From positions 1-58,657 of the forward strand of contig JBHLNS010000016.1 of the NCBI GenBank assembly GCA_048941285.1: a DNA stretch of 58,657 bases, written 5' to 3'. The notes below the pieces were generated by a model. It worked only from the letters and a program-made list of their open reading frames with translations. It was not told the origin of the DNA and did not search any database. Origin of the DNA: Promethearchaeota archaeon. Its GTDB lineage: Archaea > Asgardarchaeota > Lokiarchaeia > Sigyniarchaeales > SOKP01. Of the stretch, positions 58,030 to 58,657 are shown piece after piece (the first letter of the stretch is position 1; each line of letters begins with the position of its first letter). The position numbers and the translations under genes are program-made.

Positions 58030-58392
58030 TTATTTCCTCTTTTCTATATTTTCTTTTACTCTGAACTCTACAATTTTTCTCACAAGATCGAAGGGAAATG
58101 GCTTTTTTAATGGAAATTTAATCGAACCTTTTGAAACTTCATAAGGAGATAATTCACTTTTAAAAGCTTCTATGCCAGATGGTGTTGGATAAAACCCAAT
58201 ATGGTTTTTATGTGCTGCAAAGTGCACTAAATTGCCATTTAATTTGAAGGTTGGCATTTGATAGCTTATCGCTTCTTTAGCATCAGGAGCGGAGTTGCTA
58301 ATTATCTTTCTAAGTTTTTGTAGGATTTCTTGGATTTTTTCTGGAAAATTGCTTATATATTCATCAATATTTTCAATTTTTGGTTTAGACAC
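58030..58392 (-). CDS. DUF1801/YdhG family protein
   Basis: IDEYI..FP, L..LR..I...AP.A.E.ISY.MPTF, LVHFAA.K.HIGFYP, SKG.I.FP. Confidence 0.9.
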   Translation of the reverse strand: MSKPKIENIDEYISNFPEKIQEILQKLRKIISNSAPDAKEAISYQMPTFKLNGNLVHFAAHKNHIGFYPTPSGIEAFKSELSPYEVSKGSIKFPLKKPFPFDLVRKIVEFRVKENIEKRK

Positions 58393-58592
58393 GTTTATAT
58401 TTTGTCAACTACTTAATTTAAAGCTTATTTTTATAAATTCCAAAAAAAAAAAAAAAATTTAAACGACAATATATTAGCAAAATACAGTTCATCTTTGGTA
58501 ATAAATTCAACCCTACAAAAGTATTTAAAACACCACACTTTTCTATGGTTGTAAATAAATTTTACACTTAGAAAATTATGGGATGTGTTGAA

Positions 58593-58657
58593 ATGGAAGA
58601 AAAGAGTGTAGATATATATAAAGAACTTGCTCATCATTTAGATCAAATGCCTATCGG
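58593..58657 (+). CDS. 5' end of a probable 4Fe-4S dicluster protein (truncated by the window)
   Basis: Manual translation MEEKSVDIYKELAHHLDQMPIG resembles the 'Y..L..HLD..P.G' N-terminus of an Fe-S protein family; only 21 full codons visible. Confidence 0.55.
   Translation, partial: MEEKSVDIYKELAHHLDQMPI

Noticed and set aside
58442-58457. A16 homopolymer
   Set aside because: Intergenic between divergent genes with no supporting structure; could be a sequencing artefact or simple AT-rich spacer.
58431-58637. 68-aa minus-strand ORF
   Set aside because: Low-complexity product running through a poly-T tract; the plus-strand start at 58593 is more plausible.
1-58657. CRISPR arrays, tRNA/rRNA genes, transposases or integrases
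   Set aside because: No regularly spaced repeats, GC-rich structured RNA islands or recombinase motifs seen by eye; intergenic gaps are short and AT-rich.

Overview
AT-rich archaeal chromosome segment, most likely from an Asgard archaeon (Lokiarchaeia-like). This is inferred from two Rab-like GTPases without prenylation tails, a TPR protein with a longin-like C-terminus, archaeal BRE/TATA promoters and two tungsten AORs. I found no rRNA, tRNA, CRISPR array or mobile element. The window is dominated by anaerobic amino-acid catabolism. (1) A bacterial-order lysine fermentation cluster (kat-kce-[methyltransferase]-kdd ... kamA-kamB-kamD-kamE) uses the uncommon Kat aminotransferase route, lacks kamC, and is interrupted by a ZIP transporter/DtxR-like module with a clear tandem palindromic operator. 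(2) An arginine/ornithine/proline region holds an ArcE-like arginine synthetase, OTC, carbamate kinase, ornithine aminotransferase and a fused proline-dehydrogenase-like complex. Other notable items are an unannotated 57-aa protein with 10 Cys, a DMT transporter fused to an Lrp/AsnC (RAM) domain, a KDSR-like reductase, a corrinoid/methyltransferase pair and a divergent ThiC/Bza-like radical SAM enzyme. All family assignments come from motif recognition and recall; no database search was run.
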